DNA of 64,000 nt from the human T2T-CHM13v2.0 reference genome, Homo sapiens, in NCBI RefSeq assembly GCF_009914755.1, contig NC_060928.1; one strand, given 5' to 3'. Both the position numbers and the translations under genes were made by a program. Below the pieces are notes generated by a model. The model had not been told where the DNA came from. It did not search any database and saw only the letters and a program-made list of their open reading frames with translations. This document shows, one piece after another, positions 14,003 to 25,910 of the stretch (positions are counted from its first letter, which is position 1; each line of letters opens with the position of its first letter).

Positions 14003-17000
14003 GCCTCTTTCATTTCAAATCCTCTAAACCTCCTATCCTGGCTTAACCATCACTTTACACCTTCTCTTATTACTTTTTCCCTTTCATATTGTCTCCTTAT
14101 GACTGGTTTTATATCACAAAAGTTAAAGTAACTAGTCTGCCAAGGCAAAACAAAAATGCACACACAAAAAAATAGTAAAAAGTAGAGTTGGGGAGTTCTA
14201 GGCACTCCAAAATAGAATTTCCTTTAGAAAGGTAAGAGGGAGGGATGCTGGCATCACTTAATATTTAATAATGTGTGTCCCTAATAGATTTGACATTTTA
14301 AAATTAAGAATAAGTACAATTACATATTTTGACTAAGACTAATCATGGACATATTTTGAACAATAAGAGTCAGAAGAAGCTGTTATTTACATTAATTCAT
14401 AATTTTGGGTCATATAAAATTAAGAGCCTTATATGAGTTTTTCATTCTTTTTTTCCTTTTATTCTGAGGGGAAAAAAGTATAGGAAGCTCCCATAGACAT
14501 ATCTTAAGAAAGAAATTGCCTAATACATGACTGAGAAACTAAAAATCCTGTTTGCATGGTAAATTATGACATATGGTTGTATATCTATAGGTCTCTCAAT
14601 TTTTTAAAACTATTTTTTGAGAAGGGGGCATTGGAAACAGAGGAGAAAATACTTATTGCATGTAAATATATTTCATTCTGTCTAAAACCGTTGGCTGTTT
14701 TAATTTTATCATTTGTGTTCTTGTTTGAGCTGGTGACTTAGAAGTCATAAGATGAAAATTATTACAGAAAGAATATAAAGTCAACATTTTTACTTCCTGC
14801 ATAAGAGAGGACACTATTAAGACTCTAGACTAGATGGCTAAAGTCTTATATGTGACTTTGTTTATTCCTAAATATTACAAAATTTACTGATGTCAGCTTC
14901 TTCTAATGTGGTATAATTGCTCTGTTTTAACCAGAGGGGATATGACATCACTGAGGTTGGTGAGTAAACAGACCAGAATTTAGTTAGGAGTATCTTCTGG
15001 GACAGGAGGACAGGGATAGGAAATGGGCTTGGTGAAGTCTAAGCATACAATAAGTACACATTAACTTTTTTTCTGAGACTTTTTATAAATTGGCCTTGAT
15101 AGCAGTTCAGACATTGTTGCGTCTTCCTTGTGCTGCACTTACTTGACCATGCCGGGAAGAGATTCACCAGGAGCTGGACTCAATACACTGGCCTTTGGGC
15201 TATACAAAGAGAAAATTCTAGAAGTTGGGTTATCATGCTCATCTGTTATCCATGAATATTCAGTAAAGTCGTATTAAAAGCTTCAAACAATTCTCCACTC
15301 TGCTATAAAGACATATGGTGAGGGCCTGCTCCATGCTACAGATGCAATAGAAAAGAGGTGTAGAGAGAAATGGAGCCAACAACAAGCAGCAACGTCAGCC
15401 TAAGGAATGCCATCAATCATGTACACAAGGTGATCGCTACAATAGGATCCAGATGTCACAGAAACTGTGGCATGTGGCCAGAGACACAGCAAGAAAAGAA
15501 TCACCTCTGTAGAGCCATTTCTAACATATGCAGAACAAAATCATAGGGAACTTAGAGTGCACTATAGAATTGCTGCTAGCAAAGCTCTGCATCTATATTG
15601 TCAGCCCAAAGATACCTTGGATAATGTCTGTTTTGTCCATCACTGTAACTAAGAAACTAGAATGATGCCTAAGGTGTGTGAGAGATGAAATCCATATTAG
15701 TGAATGAATTTTCAAGGGAATAAAAAATAATTGGGCTGTGAATAGAAATTTTAGCCACATGCTGGTGAGAGATAATAGACATACCTGCTATATAAGGAAA
15801 CTGCAGTTTTTATACAATTCTTTGTTTCCTCTGTAGCTGAATGCAGTTCTAAATGAATAATATCGGATTCTGTCAAAGACTGCTTCAGCTAAATTAATAG
15901 ACAATGCAGTCTGTTTGAGATATTGACATTTAAATAGAGTTATTTTTATTTTACTGGAAATATAATCTTCTATACTGATAAAGCCTGTTGTTAGACCTTT
16001 TGCAAAGTTGCTTATTATTTCTGAATTTAAATATTATCTGCCTCAGAAGATTGACTCTAACATTTCAGGCTAAACTTCAGTCAGATGCCACAATATAGAT
16101 TAAATATAAATGTGCCAAAACTCCACTTCTAATCACAGATGAGTTTCAACATGATGAGTGAATGTAACGTTCCCCCAGATCATATTGACCATTATTTAGG
16201 TGCCTGAGTGACATTGGAAAAAAGGTGTAGCAAAAGGTTTTGTGTTGTACAGGTTTAAAGTATAAACTGATCCCTTATTCAAGATTTGATCTCAGGAAAT
16301 GTCCATATTGTTAATGGTTCTGAGATGTTGTGTTTGATAATACTAGAAACCAGTTCTAAACTTGTGCTCCTCAATTTCGTTGGCACTCTTAGAAGAAGCT
16401 TTTATTGTACGTGATTTGAAAGCTAAGAGTCATGAACTGTACGCCAGGCTACCTTTAGATGAACAGGTAATACCTAGTTCAAGTTTATCACTGAGGAAGT
16501 TGAATATTCTGCTTGAAGAAACACAGTCGTCTGCACAAAGGCTTGGCAATGATGTGTGTTATCTGTGGAACTGCTCAAGTCTTGGTTTTAGAACCAAAAC
16601 TATCTATCTATGGTCACTGGTATGCTGAGTAATGTCATATTGTACTCTGAATCAAATTCTCTCCTTTTTGAGTGGAAAAGAACAAATAATGCCTTTTGAA
16701 TCTCCTATGTCTATGGGACTTGTAAAGTTTTGAGATGCGTAGAATTTAAGAGAGGAACCGTACTTCCTACTAACAAAGAATATGGGTATTTGAATAAATA
16801 ATTTGAATAAATCATCTTTATTCAAGGTTTCCCTACATTTACTGATGAGTTTGAGCTTCAGTATTAAGAATAAAGTCCTCTTCAATTTAAATGTTAAAAA
16901 ATCTTACTAAATAAATGATAAACTCCCGTTTGCAAAGTTAATCTTATGTAAATGTACAATAAAGTAAAAAATGCATCTTACTCCATTGTTTTAAATGAAA

Positions 17001-17280
17001 TGTACATTTGATAATTGCATAAGTAGATGAACTAAACAGCAAGTTACAATATATCATCTTTTCTGAAAGTGAATGAAAAAAGTCACAAAATTTTACCAGA
17101 AAAATTTTAATGTGTGTATTTTTACATTGCAGCGATATTTAGCTATTATGTACTGTGTTTAGTATGAATAACAATGGGGAATACCACCCCTCTGGAGAAT
17201 TATATCCTTTTTAACACAGTTTTTAGACTTTTTTTTTAATTCCAAGAGATAATTTATTTCTGTTTAAGTTTCATTTTATT

Positions 17281-17301
17281 TTATCTTATTTTTATTTTAT
17301 G

Positions 17302-17359
<58 letters not shown>

Positions 17360-17645
17360 ATTTAGAGACAAAGTCTCACTCTGTCACCCAGGCTGGAGTC
17401 CAGTGGCACGATATTGGCTCACTGCAACCTTCGCCTTCAAGTTCAAGTGATTCTCCTGCCTCAGCTTCCTGGGTAGCTGGGAATACAAGCACTTGCCACC
17501 ACGCCCAGCTAATTTTTGTGGTTTTAGAAGAGACGGGGTTTCACCATGTTGGCCAGGCTGATCTCGCACTCCTAATCTCAGGTGAACCACTGGCCTTGGC
17601 CTCCCAAAGTGCTGGGATTACAAGCATGAGCCACTGTGCCAGGCT
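17281..17645 (-). mobile_element. AluS inserted in the L1 poly(A) tail
   Basis: Dimeric Alu 17362-17645; TSD agtttcat(t/a)ttattt on both sides. Confidence 0.92.
17302..17357. repeat. (TATC)14 tetranucleotide STR in Alu tail
   Basis: 14 perfect units read directly. Confidence 0.97.
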
Positions 17646-20121
17646 GAGTTTCATATTATTTTTAATTGGCACATAATCATTGTACATATTTATGGAATAC
17701 AGTGTGATATTTTGATACATGCATACACTGTGTAATGATCAAATCAGAGTATTTAGCATGTCCACCAACTCAAACATTTATTAATTTTTTTGTGGTGGAA
17801 ACATTCAAAATTCTTTATTCTAGTTTTTTGGAAATACATAATCGAATATTATTAACTATAGTCACCTTACTGTGCAATAGAACACCAGAATTTGTTCTTC
17901 CTAGCTAACTGAAATGTTGTAAGTGTTGGTACATCTCCTTCTTCCCTCTACCTTTCTCCACCTCTGGTAATCATTATTCTATACTATACAACCATGAAAT
18001 TAGCTTTTTTTAGATTCCACAAAAAAGTGAGATTATTCAGTATTTCTATTTTTGTGCCTGGCTTATTTTACTTTACATGATGTCCTCCAAGTTCTTCCAT
18101 GTTTTTTAGAATGGCAAGATTTTATTATTTTTTATGACTGAACAGTATTTCATTGTGTAAACACACCACAAGTTTCTTTATCCATTTATCCAGTGATGGA
18201 CACTTAATGGCTGTCACATCTTGGGTATTGTGAAAAGTGCTTCAGTAAATAGGGGTACAGACAGGTCTTTGGCCGAATTTCACTTCCTTTGGATAAATAC
18301 CAAGTAGTGGGATTGCTGGACAATATGGTAGTTTTATTTTTAATTTTTTGAGGAATCTACAAACTGTTTCCCATAGCAGCTGTACTAATTTACATTTTTA
18401 CCAACAGTGTATAAGAGTGTCCATTTCTCCACATCCATATCAGCATTGTTTTTTTTGTCTTTTTTATAATAGCTGTCTAACTGGGGTGAGGTGACATTTT
18501 GATTTGCATTGCCTCAATGATGAGTGGTGTTGAACATTTTTAAATATATCTGTTGCTCATTTATATGTCTTCTTTTGACAAATGTCTATTCAGATATTTT
18601 GCTCATTTTTAAATTGGATTGCTTGTGTGGAGGTTTCTTTGTTTTTGAGATGTTTAAAATGTTTGAGTTAATATTCTGGATATTAATCCCTTGTCGGTTG
18701 TATAGTTTGCTAATATTTCCTACCATTCTGTGGGTTATTTTTTCACTCTGTTGATTATTTTATTTGCTATGCAGAAAAATTTTAGTTTGTTCTATTTTAG
18801 CTTTTTTACCTATGTTTTTGAGTTCTTATGCAAATAATTATTGCCCAGACCAATGTCCTGAAGTGTTTCTCTTAGGTTTACTTGTGTCAGCTTCATAATT
18901 TTGGGTCTTACATTTAAATCTTTAATCCATTTTGTGTTTATTTCTGTATATTCTGAGAGATAGGAGCTTAGTTTTGTTATTCTGTATTTGGATATCCAGT
19001 TTTCCCAACACCATTTATTGAGGAGACTGTTCTTTCCCCAATGTATGTTCTTAACACCTTTGTCTCTGCATCAATATCTGTGCATCTGGTGGAATAGTAA
19101 CCTTTTTCAATTTTATAGAGTGACTTTTGTAGGTATAGATTTTTGCCTGCAGATGTGTTCTAGAGTGTCAATTTGGTAGGGTGCATTTGTTTTTGAATAG
19201 CCACAGTGCAGGCTCTTAGACTGTGGGCAACATCAGAAATGCCTATGCCTGAGAGAATGCCTCAGTTGCCTAGGATGAAGGAGTGTGTGTGGCTGTTCTG
19301 CCTGGCACAGCCTCCACTCTGGGTGGAGCTCAAGGCTCCTTCATGCTTGGCTGGAACACCTGTTCCTTGAGAGGCTGGGTACCATGTGGGCTAAGGTGCC
19401 AGAGTTACAGCTGTAACCTGTTCTGCTTGGCCTAGGCTTTGTGTAGCTGGGGTTAGAACACTGCAGCCAGCCACTGGAGTGCCACCTAGTCTGTTTATTT
19501 CTGGGAATAGGCAGGTGTAGCTGCTCAGTGGGGAATGGTGCACTATTGCGTGCTGATGCAATGTAGTGACAGTGGAACCTCAGGGATGGGGATGTGCAGT
19601 AGCTACTGGTCCCCAAAAAAGGATGCCCTCTAGTAATGGCTTCAGTCTGAAGATGGTGTTGTTTAGCTGCATCTTGGATCATGGTAGGTGGGGAATGGGA
19701 CACATATGAGCTTATTCTTTGGAGTAATGCAGCCATACATATTTCAGATAGCTCTCTAGACTGGACTGAGAGCCTGTGATGACTGCAGGGTGCTCAGCAA
19801 CAAAGATGGTAGGTGTCTGTGGTTTAAAGAGGCACTTCTGGAGACCTGCTGCTTACCATTTTCCCCATGGGAGTGTCCCTGCTGGCTTTGAGCTGATCCC
19901 AACTGAGGAGATATACTGGTAAAGACACCTTTTCTTGTGGCCATCCTGATCTCTATGTTCCACAGAGTCTCTGTCATTCACCTGATACTCCAGTGCTTTC
20001 CTTCACATATTCTAGTTGAAATGTGATTATGTATTAATTGTTTTGGTCCTTTCTCATAGAGGGAGGTTGAGTGTTAGGCATTCCTATGTAGCCATCTTGC
20101 TGACATCCCAAGAGATAATTT

Positions 20122-20427
<306 letters not shown>

Positions 20428-20660
20428 CCAAGAGATAATTTCTTAATGCAACTCTATTTTAGAATCATACAGAAAACTTTAAAACAGGTAAACATACATT
20501 CTTTAATATTACAACTAAATTCAATTAGAACCATGTTTTCCCAAAATTACTTGATTATCACAGCATGAATAAAATATATTACTTAATTAAATTTCATACT
20601 CTGCCCCCTAAAAAGTATCATATAATTTATATATGAAAATGGTAAAATTGCATAATTCTT

Positions 20661-20996
20661 TTTTTTTTTTGAGACGGAGTCTCGCTCTGTGGCCCAAGGG
20701 ACAAAGGACAGTTATATGGTTTGGCTGTGTCCCCACCCAAATCTCATCTTGCAGTGGCACGATCTCGGCTCACTGCAAGCTCTGCCTCTCAGGTTCACGT
20801 CATTCTCCTGCCTCAGCCTCCCGAGTAGCTGGGACTACAGGAGCCTGCCACCACGCCTGGCTAATTTTTTTGTATTTTTAGTAGAGACGGGGTTTCACTG
20901 TGTTAGCCAGGATGGTCTCGAACTCCTGACCTCGTGATCCGCCCGCCTCGGCCTCACAAAGTGCTGGGATTACAGGCGTGAGCCACCATGCCCAGC
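20661..20996 (-). mobile_element. AluY with internal templated insertion
   Basis: AluY diagnostics (ctgcaagctc, gtgttagccaggatgg); TSD tgcataattctt at 20649-20660 and 20997-21008; non-Alu insert at about 20697-20749. Confidence 0.95.
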
Positions 20997-21203
20997 TGCA
21001 TAATTCTTAAGAAAAATCTATGCTGTGCCTGTTACTAACTTGAGCTTGGTTGAGGACAAATGACATTTTTACTCTTCCTCTGAAGAAAAACCCAGTGAAA
21101 ATTTAAAAGAGGTTCACTTCAAATAGTAATTATTATGTTACTGGTTCATAATGGATATTCTCCATTTAGAGTCATTATAAGGTTCTGTGCTGTCATTTTG
21201 AAC

Positions 21204-21360
21204 ATGTGATATATATGTAATATATGATATATAATAATGTGATATAATATATTCTACATATATATCATGTGATATATATTCTATATATGTGTGAGTCGTA
21301 TATATTCTACGTATCATGTGATATATATTCTATATATTCTATATATCACATTATTATGCA
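21204..21360. repeat. AT-rich degenerate tandem repeat with 16-bp inverted arms
   Basis: Repeated catgtgatatatat/tattcta units; ataataatgtgatata (21231-21246) is the reverse complement of 21342-21357. Confidence 0.85.
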
Positions 21361-21591
21361 TGTAATAGTCCTGTGCAAATAATAAACATCTTTCTCTTTA
21401 GCTGCACTAGAAAGAGCACTCATAATCATTTACTCTTCAAGTTTAAACTTTAATTCTAATTGTTAGGTATTCAATATGATGAAACAGCTTTTCTGAAGTA
21501 AAAGTAAAATAAAACATAAATGAAGGAATCAAAAACGATTGTGTTAAATTGCTAAAATTGTTAAAATCCTATGTTAAAACAATTATAGTAC

Positions 21592-21695
21592 TGAGGCCTA
21601 AATATTCTGTAGGATATTCTAAAGGATTTTATGGGATATTCTAAAGGACTCTATGGGATATCCTTTAGAATATCCTACAGAATATTTAGGTCTCA
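21592..21695. repeat. Inverted repeat, 36-bp arms (35/36 match), 32-nt loop
   Basis: 21592-21627 is the reverse complement of 21660-21695 with one mismatch. Confidence 0.95.
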
Positions 21696-22173
21696 ATATA
21701 GTACTGTTTAAACGCAGGATTACATTCCCATCAAGTACCCCTTATATTTTCTAGGGTTTGAGAAAGTAGGAGCAGGTTGTTATAAATTACTTACACCTAA
21801 TTGCGTTTGTTATAACATATCTCTCTGGGGGACACAGTTCAACCCACTACACTGTCTTTACACTGTAAGATTATATGAATGCTATACAGAACTGTTCAGT
21901 CAGTACAGTAACATTGTATAAAAGTTGTGTATTTTTCTTTTGAATTTAAAAATTCTGTTTTTTACACCTATGCTTAGATTTCTTTCTATCACTAGACACT
22001 GTTTACCAAAAGTCAGAGTCCTAATCTACTTAAATGCATAGCATAATCCACCAGGCTTTTGTCAAAAAATGTGAAGATTATGAGACTTTACTCAGAATTT
22101 CAAAAAATTAGCTAGCAAGTTTCATAGTTCTTGGCATATGACACAGACTCTTGGGGTCAGAGACAAAGGACAG

Positions 22174-24456
22174 TTATATGGTTTGGCTGTGTCCCCACCC
22201 AAATCTCATCTTGAATTGTAGTTCCCATAATCCTTGCTTGTCATGGGAGGGAACCAGCAGGAGGTAAATGAATCATGGGTGCAGTTTCCCCATGCAATTC
22301 TCATGATAGTAACTTCTCACAAGATCTGATGCTTTTGTAAGGGGTTTCCCCTTTGCTGGGCACTCATTCTTCTCCTTGCTGCTTCTATGTGAATAAGGAC
22401 ATGTTTGCTTCCCCCTTCTGCCATGATCATAAGTTTCCTAAGGCCTCCCCAGCCATGCAGAACTGTGAGTCAATTAAACCTCTTTTCTTTATAAATTACT
22501 CACTCTCAGGTACTTCTTCACAGCAGCATGAGAATGGACTAATACAGTAAATTAGTACAGGGAGCAGGATGCTGCAGTAAGATACCTGAAAATGTGGAAG
22601 CAACTTTGGAACTGGGTAACAGGCAGAGGTGGAACAGCTCAAGGGGGCTCAGAATAAGACGGGAAAATGTGGGAAAGTTTGGAACTTTCTAGAGACTTGT
22701 TGAATGGCTTTAACCAAAATGCTGACAATGAAGTCCAGGCTGAGGTGGTCTCAGACGGAGATGAGGAACTGATTGGGACTGGAATAAATGTGATTCTTGC
22801 TGTGCTTTTACAAAGAGAATGGTAGCTTTTTGTCTCAGTCTTAGAGATCTGTGCAACTTTGAACTTGAGAGAGATTACTCAAGGTATCTGGTAGAAGAAA
22901 TTTCTAAGCAGTAAGCATTCAAGAGGAAGTAGAACATAAACATTTGGAAAATTTGCAGCCTGACAATGCAATAGAAAAGAAAAACCCATTTCTTGGGGAG
23001 AAATTCAAACTTGCTGCAGCAATTTGCATAAGTAATAAGGAGCAGAATGTTAATTGCAAAGACAATGGGGGAAAATGTCTCCAGAGCATATCAGAGGTGT
23101 TCAGGGCAACCCTTCCAACACAGGCCTGGAGACATAGGAGGAAAAAATGGTTTTATGGGCTGGGTCCAGGGACCCCTGCTCTGTGCAGCCTCAAGACATG
23201 GTGCCTTGCATCCCATCTGCTTCAGCTCCAGCTGTGGCTAAAAGGAACTAAGATTCAGCTCTGGCTATTACTTCAGAGGGTGCAAGCCCCAAGCCTTGGT
23301 GGCTTACATGTAGTATATTGAGCCTGCGGGTACACAGAAGTCATGAATTGGTGTTTCAGAACCTCTGTCTATATTTCAGAGGATGCATGGAAATGCATGG
23401 ATGTCTAGGTAGAAGTTTGCTGCAGGGGCAGAGCCCTCATGGAGAACCTCTGCTAGGGCAGTGTAAAAGGGAGATGTAAGGTTGAAGCCCCCACACATAG
23501 ACCTCACTGGGGCACTGCCTAGTGGAGCTGTGAGAAGAAGGCCACCATCCTCCAGACCCCAGAACGGTAGCCCAACCAATAGCTTGCACTGTGTGCCTGG
23601 AAATGCCACAGACACTCAATGCCAGCTGTGAAAGCAGCCAGGAGGCAGCCTGTACTCTGTTAAGCCAAAGGAGTAGAGCTGCCCAAGACTGTTGGAGCCC
23701 ACCTCTTTCATCATCATGACCTGGATTTGAGACATGGGGCAAAGGAGATCATTTTGAAACTTTAAGGATAAATGATTGCCCTTTTAGATTTTGGGCTTGC
23801 ATGCAGCCTGTAAGCCTCTTTGTTTTAGCCAATTTCTCCCATTTGGAATGAGTGTATTTACCCAATGCCTGTACCCCCACTGTATCTAGGAAATAACTAA
23901 CTTGCTTCTGATTTTACAGGTTCATAGTGTGAAGGGACTTGCCTCATCTCAGATGAGACTTTGGACTTAGACTTTTGAGTTAGTGCTGGAATGAGTTAAG
24001 AATTTGGGGGACAGTTGGAAGGGCATGACTGTGTTTTTAAATGTAAGGACATTAGTATTGGGAAGTGCCAGGGTGGAATTATATGATTTGGCTGTATCGC
24101 CATCCAAATCTCATCTTGAATTGTAGTTTCCATAATCCCCATGTGTTGTGGGAGGGACCCTGTGGAAGGTAATTATATCTTGGGGGTAGTTTGCCCCATG
24201 ATATTCTCATAGTAGTGAGTAAATTCTCACGAGATCTGATGGTTTTATAAGGGGCTCACCCCTTTGCTTGGCTCTAATTTTTCTCCTTGCTGCTCTCATG
24301 TGAAATAGAATGTGTTTGTTTCCCCTTCCTCCATGATTGTAAATTTCCTGTGGCCTCCCCGGCTATGTGGCACTGTCAGTCACTTAAGCCTCATTTCTTT
24401 AAAACTTACCTAGTCCCAGGTATTTCTTCATAGCAGCATGAGAACAGACTAATACA
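22174..24456 (+). mobile_element. THE1C/D provirus, LTR-int-LTR
   Basis: LTRs at 22174-22546 and 24079-24456, internal region about 1.53 kb; perfect TSD gacag at 22169-22173 and 24457-24461; appears to split an older LTR-like sequence. Confidence 0.94.
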
Positions 24457-24999
24457 GACAGCTTACTAATCATGGCAATAGTAGTAGCCAGAGGGTATTT
24501 TGTGTTGAGTCATTGAGCTCTAATTCCCACATAGTGATGTAAAGAGGGCTAGATGACATATGCACACATAATGAAGTATGTTGCAGATGGGTATCCAGAA
24601 CTTAGAGAACCCATATTTTACCTAATGGGCAATAAGCATGCCTGACCTTTTTCCTGGGCCACAGCTTACTCCCCAAAATCAAACTAACCTAGGTTTTTAT
24701 TCTTCTCTAGGCCTCCTCCAGTTGATATGAGTACATGTTTTTGGTGGTCTGTTGGCGGCACCTGCACAATCTCCCATCATGCTTCTTCATATGTCCCATG
24801 TCTAATTAGTATCTTAAATCTCTGCACATTGGTGTGATTTTTACTATTAAAATGAAGCAAATGTTAGATTAGGGAAAGCTACAATCCTACAGTGCACATG
24901 CATTGGGGAGGGTCTTTTGGAAAGTCCTTACGTTGATGGCCTGGATGTTTGTGGTCAGAGTGTTCTATTTTTCTTTTTAGGTCTGACTGGTTGATTTTA

Positions 25000-25525
25000 T
25001 GAAAGAAAGCTTCAGTTGTTGCAATGTTATGGAGCTGGATGCAGCTGTAGTCAGTATAGTGTGTAACGAAGTGTGAAAGGATCACCAGTCCCACCTTCCC
25101 TGTCTGCCTCAAATAAAAACTCAGAGAATTATGTCCCAACATTTTTGTTGTCATTTTTGTTTGTTTGTTTAGTCGAGTTTATTTTGTTTGTTTTTCTCCT
25201 CAAGATATTTTCCCTAGATCTTATGGTAGAATAAAAATGCTCAATAATTATTTCCCCTAGAAGCAACCCTCAATTAATGATTGACAGGAGTAACTAAGTT
25301 CCACTTCTGGAACAATTTGGGTGAGTTTTCCAGTGACTCCCAGATTCATTACTCGCTGAATTAAGTTTCAGTCATAACCAATGGTAGTTGTCTTGATAAA
25401 ACACACTTCATTTACTCCCCCACATAAACATTTTCTCAGTCTCTATTCATGTTCTCTTTACCCCCAAAATTATTTATCCATTTGGAATTTTTGTCTCAGG
25501 CTCTACTTATGGAGAATACCAAGTG
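25000..25525 (+). mobile_element. LTR16-like ERVL LTR remnant
   Basis: tgtctcaggctctacttatggagaatacc end motif; diverged. Confidence 0.45.
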
Positions 25526-25688
25526 GGGCAGTAGTGTATCTTGTCCCTTTTCAGTCTCAACTTCGCTATTTCCTATTTCTCTAGCAAGTGGAAACATCTT
25601 TCAATTTTTTTCTTTTAAATCTGTATGATCTACATTTGTAACATAAGCCAGTTTACCAAAGGACCTGGTATTTCAGCAAAAAAAAAAA

Positions 25689-25689
<1 letters not shown>

Positions 25690-25751
<62 letters not shown>

Positions 25752-25910
25752 TATATACACACACACACAGACATGTATAAAATATATACACACACATACA
25801 CATACACACACACGAACACATATATAACCTCAAATTTGTATTTTGAACATATATATGTGTATGTGTGCATGTGTGTGTGCATTTGTGTGTGTGTGCGTGT
25901 GTGTGTGTGT
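25690..25910. repeat. Compound microsatellite (AT)20-(AC)n...(TG)n
   Basis: (AT)20 at 25693-25732, CA-rich to about 25825, TG-rich at about 25848-25910. Confidence 0.95.

Larger units (their letters stand above)
17256..20107 (-). mobile_element. L1MA-type element retaining 5'UTR and 3' end, with a large internal deletion
   Basis: 3'UTR/ORF2 end 17650-19064; 5'UTR/ORF1 start 19061-20107 ending gccatcttgctgacatccc (L1M 5' start on the minus strand); TSD ccaagagataattt at 17242-17255 and 20108-20121. Confidence 0.8.

Noticed and set aside
21592-21695. CRISPR-like or terminator reading of the repeats and hairpin
   Set aside because: Primate DNA, no repeat-spacer array and no cas genes; prokaryotic features do not apply.
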